Positions 1 through 7,944 of a stretch of DNA of 64,000 bases are shown piece by piece. Origin of the DNA: Verrucomicrobiota bacterium (GTDB taxonomy: Bacteria > Verrucomicrobiota > Verrucomicrobiia > Limisphaerales > JACDHS01). Where the stretch lies: the NCBI GenBank assembly GCA_013820875.1, contig JACDHS010000001.1, forward strand, positions 87,154 to 151,153. The letters are read 5' to 3'. Numbering within the stretch: the stretch's first letter is position 1; each line of letters opens with the position of its first letter. Under the pieces are notes generated by a model. That model worked only from the letters and a program-made list of their open reading frames with translations, did not search any database and was not told the origin of the DNA. The position numbers were made by a program, and so were the translations under genes.

Positions 1-230
1 CCGACATTTTGCAACGCGCTTTGCCGATGTTTCGTGACATCGAATCCGCAGACCTTCACGTCCCCGCTCGTCGGCCAGACTTGTCCGAGCAACATGCCAA
101 TAGTGGTGCTTTTCCCCGCGCCGTTGTGCCCAAGCAAACCAAAAATTTCGCCGGACGGAACCTGGAGATCGAGTCCCTCGACGGCGACCCGTTGGCCGAA
201 CAGTTTGCGAAGTTGTTTAAGCGCGATCAT
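1..230 (-). CDS. ABC transporter ATP-binding protein, N-terminal part (gene runs off the left edge)
   Basis: Not in the supplied ORF track because the window edge truncates it. The reverse complement of 1-230 reads MIALKQLRKLFGQRVAVEGLDLQVPSGEIFGLLGHNGAGKSTTIGMLLGQVWPTSGDVKVCGFDVTKHRQSALQNV. The Walker A loop GHNGAGKST sits at the usual distance from the N-terminus. The ATG is the complement of 228-230. Confidence 0.8.
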   Translation of the reverse strand, partial: MIALKQLRKLFGQRVAVEGLDLQVPSGEIFGLLGHNGAGKSTTIGMLLGQVWPTSGDVKVCGFDVTKHRQSALQNV

Positions 231-247
231 GGGGGTGGGGGGCAAAC

Positions 248-334
248 GGAGTGGTGGAGTATTGGAGTGATGGAGAAATGGTACGGAAGCGCGGCGTCCT
301 TCAACACTCCACTACTCCAACACTCCAATACTCC
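248..334. repeat. Palindromic (hairpin-forming) repeat element, copy 1 (GGAGTnnTGGAG / CTCCAnnACTCC arms)
   Basis: Left arm ggagtggtggagtattggagtgatggag (248-275). Right arm caacactccactactccaacactccaatactcc (302-334), which is approximately its reverse complement. A second copy lies at 47588-47660. Confidence 0.7.
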
Positions 335-351
335 GTTTGTCTTCTCCCCCC

Positions 352-1074
352 TCACTTCGTTCCCTCCATTTCCAAAAGCTTTTTGATATGTCCGTCGGCG
401 TAGAGGTAGTTCACATCTTTTCCTGCTCCACGTGCGGCATGAAACTTTTCAAAGTCGAAGAAAACAGGAATCTGATCTGAGCTGTACTTCTTTCCCAGCA
501 GTTTCAGAGCGCTCGCATCCTGACCATTGAGAAGATTGTTCCAAAAATAGCTGGAACCGGTTTGTTCGAAAATCACTTCCCGATCCGATGGACACCGCAG
601 CACATTGGTGGAACCGAGATGGCCTTTGAGAACAACGTCCACCGTGGCAACCAGGTTGGTGGGCGGCGCGTTGGTGCTGATTGCTTTGTTGTGCATCACC
701 GGCATGCGATTGTTGTTTTCACCGACATACATCTGCAGCGCAATCCCGATCTGACGCAAATTACTCAGGCAAGCCGTCCCCTGCGCATTGGCTTTCCCTT
801 TAGAAATCGCCGGCAACAGCAACCCCGCAAGGATCGCAATAATTGCCAGCACCACCAACAGTTCGATCAAGGTGAAGGCGCGGCTTGAGCCCGCGCGCTG
901 ATTTGGCGGCAGAGGAGTGGGAACGGCTCGTTCCCACAATGTTTTCTGGTTGGAATCAATGCGGGAACGAGCCGTTCCCACGCATAAGGATTCGATCGAC
1001 GCGACAACGTCCTGCGGTGCGCCAGTCCTCTGACACTTTTCATCCGGCACAATTGAATCAGCAGTTTCACTCAT
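352..1074 (-). CDS. Prepilin-type N-terminal cleavage/methylation domain protein (PVC DUF1559-like); start codon uncertain
   Basis: [45 protein letters not shown] is a class-III signal/pilin-like N-terminus, and the C-terminus has YADGHIKKL. The motif lies about 75 aa after the first ATG, and two hairpin repeats (917-983) sit in that leader. The real start is therefore probably downstream, for example the in-frame TTG about 21 codons before FTLIELL. Confidence 0.75.
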   Translation of the reverse strand: MSETADSIVPDEKCQRTGAPQDVVASIESLCVGTARSRIDSNQKTLWERAVPTPLPPNQRAGSSRAFTLIELLVVLAIIAILAGLLLPAISKGKANAQGTACLSNLRQIGIALQMYVGENNNRMPVMHNKAISTNAPPTNLVATVDVVLKGHLGSTNVLRCPSDREVIFEQTGSSYFWNNLLNGQDASALKLLGKKYSSDQIPVFFDFEKFHAARGAGKDVNYLYADGHIKKLLEMEGTK

Positions 1075-1230
1075 GGAACATGATGGATGCGCATACCCGC
1101 CGCTTTCCCTTTGCCCCTATCTCAGACGAATCCCTTTCGGCGGGCCGCTAAACATCTTCAGTCTCTGCCCTGTTATAAGCCAGCAAAAGAAGATTTTGTT
1201 CGATTCCAGAGAGGCTCCTAAAACAAAAAT

Positions 1231-1261
1231 AGCAGTAGCGCATCCGCTACTGCTTTTTTTT
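1231..1261 (-). terminator. Rho-independent terminator-like hairpin (usable in both directions) after the 1281-2024 gene
   Basis: agcagtagcg (1231-1240) / loop catc / cgctactgct (1245-1254) forms a 10-bp perfect stem. It is flanked by an A-run upstream and a T-run downstream on the + strand, so it is T-flanked on either strand. Confidence 0.6.
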
Positions 1262-1280
1262 GTGTCATTAAAATCTCAGC

Positions 1281-2024
1281 TTAAAACTCGAAAGCGTAAT
1301 TGGTTCGTCCAGCTTCCGTAACCGCCCACAAATTGAATTGCGGTCCGACCGAACGCCATATCTTCAGGAGTCGTACGCTTCCATCGGCGAAACTATAGTT
1401 GGATCCGCCGCCACTCGAGTGCCGGGTTTGGTTCAGCTCTTCGTAATCGTTTCCTTTGCCTTCCTCCAGATCCATATAGAAATGCTGCGACGGCGACTTC
1501 TTTTCACCAAAAGAAATAGTCTCGCTGGGAAACTTAAACTCATTTTCGGACATCGTCTTCCCAAGTATCGCGTCCATGCTGAAGTCTGGCATGGTGGCTT
1601 TGAAATAATCATTCCAGCCATTGATAATGTAGGTGCGAGGCGCGTTGTCGGCAGGATCCGAGCTCGGATAGCTGGCCGGGGCATCAGGACCATCGCTGGG
1701 GCAACGCAGAATTTTCAGATCGCGATAGCCATCACGCAATCGGCCTGTCCAGCGCGGATTGTATCCCGGCATACTTGAATCCACGACTCCTGGGGCACTG
1801 CCACCGGTGCGAGGCGGGAAATAGCCGCGATAATCGTCGGCGTACATCGTCAATGAGAGATTCAACTGCTTGAGATTGTTGACGCAGGAGATGCGACGCC
1901 CTGCCTCCTTGGCTTTTCCAAGGCTCGGAAGAAGCATGCCTGCCAGGATCGCGATAATTGCAATTACCACGAGTAATTCGATCAATGTGAATGCCCTCCC
2001 TGTCCGTTGCCGTGTCGTTTTCAT
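1281..2024 (-). CDS. Prepilin-type N-terminal cleavage/methylation domain protein (subfamily shared with 54418-55137 and 55183-55923)
   Basis: An internal start gives [54 protein letters not shown] (ATG = complement of 2022-2024). Shared subfamily motifs are [24 protein letters not shown] and [13 protein letters not shown]. Confidence 0.85.
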   Translation of the reverse strand: MKTTRQRTGRAFTLIELLVVIAIIAILAGMLLPSLGKAKEAGRRISCVNNLKQLNLSLTMYADDYRGYFPPRTGGSAPGVVDSSMPGYNPRWTGRLRDGYRDLKILRCPSDGPDAPASYPSSDPADNAPRTYIINGWNDYFKATMPDFSMDAILGKTMSENEFKFPSETISFGEKKSPSQHFYMDLEEGKGNDYEELNQTRHSSGGGSNYSFADGSVRLLKIWRSVGPQFNLWAVTEAGRTNYAFEF

Positions 2025-2116
2025 TGGATTCTCGGTTTTAATCGGAACATTTTTTGTGCCGCAGACAAACTCTTCGAATAAGGCGACCCCATTTGCGGTC
2101 ACAGCTTTATTGTTGC

Positions 2117-2530
2117 ATGAACAAAAAGACTCTCACCCTTATTTCAGTCGCCCTGGTCTTGGGAGCCGTTTATCTTGTTAAGTTCACAGACTGGTTCGCG
2201 GAAAAGAATATTCAGATCTTATTTCGTATGTATAAAGGCCAACCCTTCTTCGGCCTGGAAAACAAAGAGTACCATCTCACTTCAATTAAAGTTGTCAAAG
2301 TCGAGGAGGCCAGCACCAACAAGTATGCTCCTGCTCTCTGGCATGTGGTCGCTGCCGACCCAGAGAAAGGGTCCGCCGGACTCACAGACTTTATTTACGG
2401 CCAGAAAATTGATGGCATGGGACCTGCCATTCCTGAGATGACACCCACGCCATTGGTAAAAAATACGAATTATCGAATTCTCCTGGAAGCCGGAAAGGTC
2501 AAAGGAGAGCGTGAATTCGCGCTGAAATAA
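2117..2530 (+). CDS. Hypothetical small protein with N-terminal membrane anchor (paralogue A)
   Basis: [23 protein letters not shown] provides a TM/signal anchor, followed by a ~110-aa domain. Conserved blocks shared with the next ORF: [41 protein letters not shown]. Confidence 0.6.
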   Translation: MNKKTLTLISVALVLGAVYLVKFTDWFAEKNIQILFRMYKGQPFFGLENKEYHLTSIKVVKVEEASTNKYAPALWHVVAADPEKGSAGLTDFIYGQKIDGMGPAIPEMTPTPLVKNTNYRILLEAGKVKGEREFALK

Positions 2531-2574
2531 AGTTTATCGTAACAAATGATCGGTGATTTCCATCAAATTGTTCT

Positions 2575-3018
2575 ATGTCGAAGAAAAACATCTTTCTCGT
2601 TCTCGTTCTTGTCGCACTAGGTGCTCTCTACATTGTTTATTTCACCGACCTTTTCGAGAAGCCTGTCATCAGTATCTCCGCGCGTCCCCGTGTCGCACGA
2701 GCCTCCTCTGGCAATCAATATTCCGTTTCTTTCAGCTTCGACCGTCGCTGTGAACTGACCGAAATTAAAGTTGTCTCGGTCTCGGAACTCGAAACGAACA
2801 AATATGCCCGCGCTTACTGGCACATGATCTCTGATACGAACTCCGCTCCGGTGAAAGGTATTCTTTATGGCGAAAACCTGAAAGGGATGAAGCCTAAGAT
2901 TCCCAAGATGAAACCCGAACCGCTCGCGCCAGGGCAAAAATATCGTTTAATGATTGAAGCCGGCAAGAACAAGGGCCAGGTGGATTTCGACATTCCAGCC
3001 CGACAAGCTGCACGCTGA
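2575..3018 (+). CDS. Hypothetical small protein with N-terminal membrane anchor (paralogue B)
   Basis: MSKKNIFLVLVLVALGALYIVYF provides the anchor. The architecture and motifs match 2117-2530 (LTEIKVVSVSELETNKYARAYWH ... YGENLKGMKPKIPKMKPEPL ... YRLMIEAGKNKGQ). Confidence 0.65.
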   Translation: MSKKNIFLVLVLVALGALYIVYFTDLFEKPVISISARPRVARASSGNQYSVSFSFDRRCELTEIKVVSVSELETNKYARAYWHMISDTNSAPVKGILYGENLKGMKPKIPKMKPEPLAPGQKYRLMIEAGKNKGQVDFDIPARQAAR

Positions 3019-3267
3019 TCCGCGTCCCTGCTCCCGCTGAGTCATAATCCCTGAAATGGCAGCAATAGCCGCGAACAAAACCAAACAACGCATAAACCTT
3101 AAAACGGCAGTTAATAGCCGCGAAAGAACGCAAAAGGCGCAAAAACAAAAGGAGAAGATTGGATAAGGTAACTTTTTTGCTTTCACCCGCTGAATGAAAG
3201 TAAAAGTGCAACCGTTTCAGCCATAGGTTCAACTTTCCCTTGGCGCGCTATCCGGTGGTTTTAAAAT

Positions 3268-3560
3268 CATCCGGAAGTGGGCTTGAGACCATCCAGACCG
3301 TTTCCGGATGATTCGAAAGTGGGCTTGAGACCATCCAGGCCGTTTCCGGATGATCCGGAAGTGGGCTTGAGACCATCCAGACCGTTTCCGGATGATCCGA
3401 AAGTGGGCTTGAGACCATCCAGGCCGTTTCCGGATGATCCGAAAGTGGGCTGGAGACCATCCAGGCCGTTTCCGGATGATCCGGAAGTGGACTGGAGACC
3501 ATCCAGACGGTTTCAGGATGATCCGAAAGTGGGCTGGAGACCGTCCAGCCCACGTTCCGG
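3268..3560. repeat. 42-bp tandem repeat array, about 7 copies
   Basis: The unit is ccggaagtgggcttgagaccatccagaccgtttccggatgat. Both-strand ORFs through it show a 14-aa periodicity (GLRPSRPFPDDPKV). Each unit carries the dyad atccggaa/ttccggat. The last unit forms gtgggctgga-N5-tccagcccac. Confidence 0.9.
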
Positions 3561-3768
3561 GCGTCTCTAAGCAGAAAACCCTTTGTTTTTCGATAGTGTA
3601 GTTTTTTGACCGCCTGCGATTCGCGGTTTAACTGCCGTTTTTAGGATAAATCGGCAGGTTTTTTGGGTTAACCCGCTGAGTAAGAGGAAAACGCACCGTT
3701 TTTCCTCCCAAACCCCTGTTTTTATGCTTTTTGTGTTCTTTCGCGACTATTTCAGTTGCGGTTTTTAG

Positions 3769-3956
3769 GTTTCATCCGCTTCCGACGCCGTCGTAAGCTG
3801 TTAAACACGTCTTTATCCACCTCCGACGCCGTCGTAAGGCGTTAAACACGTTTTCATCCACCTCCGACGCCGTCGTAAGGCGTTAAACACGTTTTCATTC
3901 ACCTCCGACGTCGTCGTAAGACGTTAAACACGCTTTTATCCGCCTCCGACGCCGAC
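3769..3956. repeat. 41-bp tandem repeat array, about 4.5 copies
   Basis: tccgacgcc recurs at 3781, 3822, 3863, 3904 and 3945, an exact 41-bp spacing. The unit is atccacctccgacgccgtcgtaaggcgttaaacacgttttc. Confidence 0.9.
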
Positions 3957-3975
3957 CGTTACCGTTACAAACATT

Positions 3976-5052
3976 TCAAATCAGCAAGTTTGCTTTTTGA
4001 ACCAGCACTTTGAACCTGGCTCCAAGATGAGCGGGATGGGTAAGTGTCTGAAACTGCGCGACGAACTTCCGATCCAAGGCATCGATGCCGCTGCGCTGAT
4101 TCTTTTCTACAATGGAGGTAAGAAACTTCGACTGTGAACCAAAGAACTCCGTCTGAAAACCTGCCGATTCCCCCGCTTCCATGATTGCAGAGAAATTGAC
4201 GTGGCAAGTGATGTCCTGTTCCCCAGGGTTACTCAAAAGATCATGGCCGAGATGGTGCCGCTTATAACTACGGGCGGTTCCCCTGCTCCGTTCAGGCGTG
4301 AAAAATTCGTCAGCCGTTAAACCGTAGTCAATCGCCATAATTTTGCCGCGCTTTAATTTGCCGGCCGCTATCTTCCACCAGGCGAGTGCAGACGGACCAA
4401 CCTCGGTTTGAAAACCATCGGGAAGAACATCGGCAAGCGGCTCAGGAACGGTGGGCAATTGCGGAAAATCACTTGAGATTGCGTTCAGCGTCCAAACGAA
4501 TTGATTTCCGGTCCATTCCACATTCATTTCCTGCCACTTCCTCGCCAGTGCATTCCACTGGATGCGATGGAATGGAATGGCATCCAGCAGTTCATTCGAA
4601 AAAATGATTCCGGAAAAGGGTTCGACCTCTGTCCATTCTTTGACCCATCGAACGTTTGAAAACTGTTTCAGAGTTTCGCGCTGCCATTGCTCGTGACGAA
4701 TCGAAGGTTCCAGGATGCAGTAACGAACTTTCTGAAAGAAATCCGGAGCGCCGCGCTGCAAACGCAGCAGGATATCGCATGCGAGCTGGCCATCGTGCGC
4801 TCCCGATTCGAGTATCTGTGGAGAACTCCCGCTTGAATCATCACCGAGCCATTCCGCGAACTGGTAGGAAAGCAATTCGCCGAAGAGACTTCCCACGCTG
4901 ACGCTTGTGAAGAAATCACCGGCGCGCCCGACCCTTTCTTTATGTTCATAATAGCCGAGCTCTGGCGCGTAAAGTGCTAGTTCCATGAATCGAGCAAATG
5001 AGATTGATTTACTTTTCTCAATTTCGCGAACGATGCATTGTTCAAGATTCAT
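3976..5052 (-). CDS. SAM-dependent methyltransferase, MidA/NDUFAF7 (DUF185) family
   Basis: ISFARFMELALYAPELGYYE...GRAGDFFTSVSVGSLFGELL and ILESGAHDGQLA are typical of the MidA family. The length of 358 aa fits. Confidence 0.8.
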   Translation of the reverse strand: MNLEQCIVREIEKSKSISFARFMELALYAPELGYYEHKERVGRAGDFFTSVSVGSLFGELLSYQFAEWLGDDSSGSSPQILESGAHDGQLACDILLRLQRGAPDFFQKVRYCILEPSIRHEQWQRETLKQFSNVRWVKEWTEVEPFSGIIFSNELLDAIPFHRIQWNALARKWQEMNVEWTGNQFVWTLNAISSDFPQLPTVPEPLADVLPDGFQTEVGPSALAWWKIAAGKLKRGKIMAIDYGLTADEFFTPERSRGTARSYKRHHLGHDLLSNPGEQDITCHVNFSAIMEAGESAGFQTEFFGSQSKFLTSIVEKNQRSGIDALDRKFVAQFQTLTHPAHLGARFKVLVQKANLLI

Positions 5053-5108
5053 TAACTTGCGGTTTAGCTGTATATCAGTAAAACTCAGGGCTCTTTGCTT
5101 AGCTATAT

Positions 5109-6200
5109 ATGGCCAAAATTGACGCCTTTTTCAATCTGATGCTGGAGCAAAAAGCTTCAGATCTGCACATGTCTTCCGGCAATCCGCCCATCTTGCGGAT
5201 CAACGGCGAACTGCAGCGCGTGGATTATCCGCCGCTGGAGAACGACCAGTTGAAGACGATGCTCTACGAAATCTCGCCGGAATATAAGATTAAACATTTC
5301 GAAGAAACCGGTGACGTGGATTTTGGTTACGAAATCCCCGGAGTGTCTCGTTTCCGCGCAAACTTCTTCAATCAGAAATACGGCATAGCGTCCGTATTCC
5401 GCCAGATTCCAACGAAGGTGCTGTCGTTTGATGACTTCGAGAAGTTCGACGCTCCGATGCCGCCGGTGTTAAAAAAATTCTGCATGCTGCATCGTGGGTT
5501 GGTTGTTGTCACCGGACCAACAGGCTCCGGCAAATCAACGACGCTGGCTGCGATGGTGGATTACGCGAATAAAAACCGAAAAGATCATATCATCACAGTG
5601 GAAGATCCGATCGAGTTCGTGCATGAAAGCAAGAATTGCCTGGTGAACCATCGTGAAGTCGGCATTCACACCAAATCTTTTGCCGCCGCCCTCAGAGGCG
5701 CCCTGCGTGAAGACCCGGACATCGTTCTGGTCGGCGAGTTGCGCGATCTGGAAACAATCGAACTGGCCTTAACGGCTGCGAGCACAGGACATTTGGTCTT
5801 CGGCACATTGCATACGCAAAGCGCTGCAAAAACGGTGGATCGTATTATCGACGTATTCCCCGCTGAACAGCAGAACAAAATTCGTGCGACCCTTTCCGAA
5901 GCCCTAAAAGGGATCGTTGCGCAAAACCTTTTTAAACGCATCGACAAGAAAGGCCGTGTGGCTGCGCTGGAAATTTTGGTATTTACGACGGCGGTGGCGA
6001 ATTTGGTTCGTGAAGGTAAGACTCACCAGATTCCAGGTATGATTCAGGTCGGTAAAAAGCTGGGAAACACGCCTTTGGACGATAGCATCATGGAGCACAT
6101 CCGGATGAAACGTATCTCTCCGGAAGAAGCTTACGACAAGTGCCTTGATAAGAAAAAATTCCGTCCATTCCTCGCTCATCCGCCGGAAGACGATGAATAA
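5109..6200 (+). CDS. pilT: Type IV pilus twitching-motility ATPase PilT
   Basis: ASDLHMSSGNPPILRINGEL, Walker A GPTGSGKSTT, Asp box ITVEDPIEF, Walker B ILVGELRD, His box GHLVFGTLHT. Length 363 aa. Confidence 0.9.
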   Translation: MAKIDAFFNLMLEQKASDLHMSSGNPPILRINGELQRVDYPPLENDQLKTMLYEISPEYKIKHFEETGDVDFGYEIPGVSRFRANFFNQKYGIASVFRQIPTKVLSFDDFEKFDAPMPPVLKKFCMLHRGLVVVTGPTGSGKSTTLAAMVDYANKNRKDHIITVEDPIEFVHESKNCLVNHREVGIHTKSFAAALRGALREDPDIVLVGELRDLETIELALTAASTGHLVFGTLHTQSAAKTVDRIIDVFPAEQQNKIRATLSEALKGIVAQNLFKRIDKKGRVAALEILVFTTAVANLVREGKTHQIPGMIQVGKKLGNTPLDDSIMEHIRMKRISPEEAYDKCLDKKKFRPFLAHPPEDDE

Positions 6201-6233
6201 ATCATTTCGGACAAATCACGCCAACATCTTAAT

Positions 6234-7463
6234 ATGCGCAGAAACGAACTAGATTATATCCTCAAAACGATGCTGGAAGGACCAGCCATCGATTCTGCGG
6301 CGAAGAAGGATATTTCAGACCTGAACTTCACGGTGGACAAGCCGCTCCAGGTCGAACACATGGGCGAACTGACAGTCATTCAATGCACGCCAGCCATTGA
6401 AAAGTTGACTCCTTACCAGACCGAAATGGTTGCGCTGAACCTGGTGGGCGCCAATCTTCGACTGCTGGAGGATCTGTTGCGACACGGCTCCTGCGATTGC
6501 GCTTATACCCTGGTCGGAATAGCGCGGTTCCGCGTAAACATCTTTTCACAACGCGGCAACTACTCGGTTGTCCTGCGTAAGTTGAACACCCGCATTCCTT
6601 CACTCAAGGATCTTGATCTCCCCCTGATTTTCCGCGACGTGAGCAGGGAAAAGACCGGGCTGGTCCTGGTGACCGGGGCAACCGGTTCCGGTAAATCCAC
6701 GACGCTTGCAGCGTTGTTGAATGAAGTGAACGATTCGCGCTCCGTTCATGTGATTACATTGGAAGATCCAGTGGAGTTCATTCACGAGCAACGAATGGCC
6801 ACTTTCAACCAACGCGAGTTGGGAAATGATTTCAGCTCCTTCGTCGCCGGTCTCCGTGCCGCGCTTCGGCAGGCGCCCAAAATCATTCTGGTTGGTGAAA
6901 TGCGAGACCGGGAGACGGTCGAAATCGCATTGAGCGCCGCAGAAACCGGGCATTTGGTGATGAGCACCTTGCACACCATTGATGCCGGCCAGACGATCAA
7001 CCGTATTCTTGGTCTTTTCGAACAATCAGAACAGGAACAGGTGAGACGCCGTTTATCCGACACGTTGCGCTGGGTCATCAGCCAACGTCTGGTTCCGAAA
7101 ATCGGCGGAGGCCGCACAGCGCTCCTGGAAATCATGGGATCCAACATGCGAATCCAGGAAAGCATCATGCAGGGTGAAAGCGAAGGTAAGAGCTTCTATG
7201 AAATCACGGAAGCCAGCTACCCATTCGGCTGGCGGACATTCGATGCTTCCTGCATTGAAGCCTACGAAAACGGAACAATCACCGAAGAGATGGCAGAACT
7301 CTATTGCAGCAAGAAGGGCATCGTTATCCGCAGAATTGATTATATCAAGAAAGCACGAGGCGAAGCCGCCGCTGCAAATGACTTGCGTATGAAGTCCGTG
7401 CTGGACTCAGCTCCAAGCGCCGGCGCGCCCCCACCACTTCCCAACAAGCTTAGATTGAAATAA
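6234..7463 (+). CDS. PilT/PilU-family secretion ATPase with extended C-terminus
   Basis: GATGSGKSTT, ITLEDPVEF, ILVGEMRD and GHLVMSTLHT. It has a ~50-aa Ala/Pro-rich C-terminal tail that is absent from the first PilT. Confidence 0.85.
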   Translation: MRRNELDYILKTMLEGPAIDSAAKKDISDLNFTVDKPLQVEHMGELTVIQCTPAIEKLTPYQTEMVALNLVGANLRLLEDLLRHGSCDCAYTLVGIARFRVNIFSQRGNYSVVLRKLNTRIPSLKDLDLPLIFRDVSREKTGLVLVTGATGSGKSTTLAALLNEVNDSRSVHVITLEDPVEFIHEQRMATFNQRELGNDFSSFVAGLRAALRQAPKIILVGEMRDRETVEIALSAAETGHLVMSTLHTIDAGQTINRILGLFEQSEQEQVRRRLSDTLRWVISQRLVPKIGGGRTALLEIMGSNMRIQESIMQGESEGKSFYEITEASYPFGWRTFDASCIEAYENGTITEEMAELYCSKKGIVIRRIDYIKKARGEAAAANDLRMKSVLDSAPSAGAPPPLPNKLRLK

Positions 7464-7464
7464 T

Positions 7465-7935
7465 ATGCCTCCTGAATTCGATTTCATCAGCACAACCGAC
7501 AAGCCCGCATTGGTGCTCATCAATAATCCGGAATGGGTGAACTACACCAAAGCGGTCCTGGCAGAACTCGGTTACAAAATTCACGCCGTGGAGACGCACG
7601 AGGAATTCCTGCAGCGTTTTGCGGAGGTGCAGTATCAAATTGTTTTGATTGACGAATCGTTTGGCGGTTCCCTCGAAAATCCCACTCTGAAGGCATTGCA
7701 AGAAATGCCAATGATGCAACGGCGCCACGCAATTATTCTGCTGTTGGGCGGTTCTTTCGAAACCCTCAACGCGATGCAGGCATTCCAACAGAGCGTTCAT
7801 GCGGTCGTGAATTATTCCGAGATCAGTCTGCTTGCTCAGTTGGTGCAGAAGGCAGTCAGCGAGAACGAGATTTTCCTGAAGGCTTACCGCGAAACCACTG
7901 ACCGGATCGCCCTGTTACGTGCCCGCCCTGTCTAA
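7465..7935 (+). CDS. Hypothetical CheY-receiver-like (pseudo-receiver) protein, translationally coupled to the second PilT-family ATPase
   Basis: The ATG lies 1 nt after the upstream stop. The alternating beta/alpha pattern is ALVLINN ... IVLIDESF ... AIILLLGG ... AVVNYSE. I see no obvious N-terminal acidic pair or conserved Lys. The fold call is tentative. Confidence 0.45.
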   Translation: MPPEFDFISTTDKPALVLINNPEWVNYTKAVLAELGYKIHAVETHEEFLQRFAEVQYQIVLIDESFGGSLENPTLKALQEMPMMQRRHAIILLLGGSFETLNAMQAFQQSVHAVVNYSEISLLAQLVQKAVSENEIFLKAYRETTDRIALLRARPV

Positions 7936-7944
7936 TCGCAATTC

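Noticed and set aside
9-386. Tracked + strand ORFs 9-386 and 34-270
   Set aside because: They are shadow frames of the minus-strand ABC ATPase (1-230), continued through the palindromic element at 248-334. The ABC Walker A reading on the opposite strand is far more convincing.
3248-3570. Open reading frames of ~100 aa on both strands (3248-3553 minus, 3277-3570 plus) with 14-aa peptide repeats
   Set aside because: They exist only because the 42-bp tandem unit is a multiple of three and lacks stops in those frames. Both strands are open, there is no plausible start context, and the sequence is a hairpin-forming DNA repeat.
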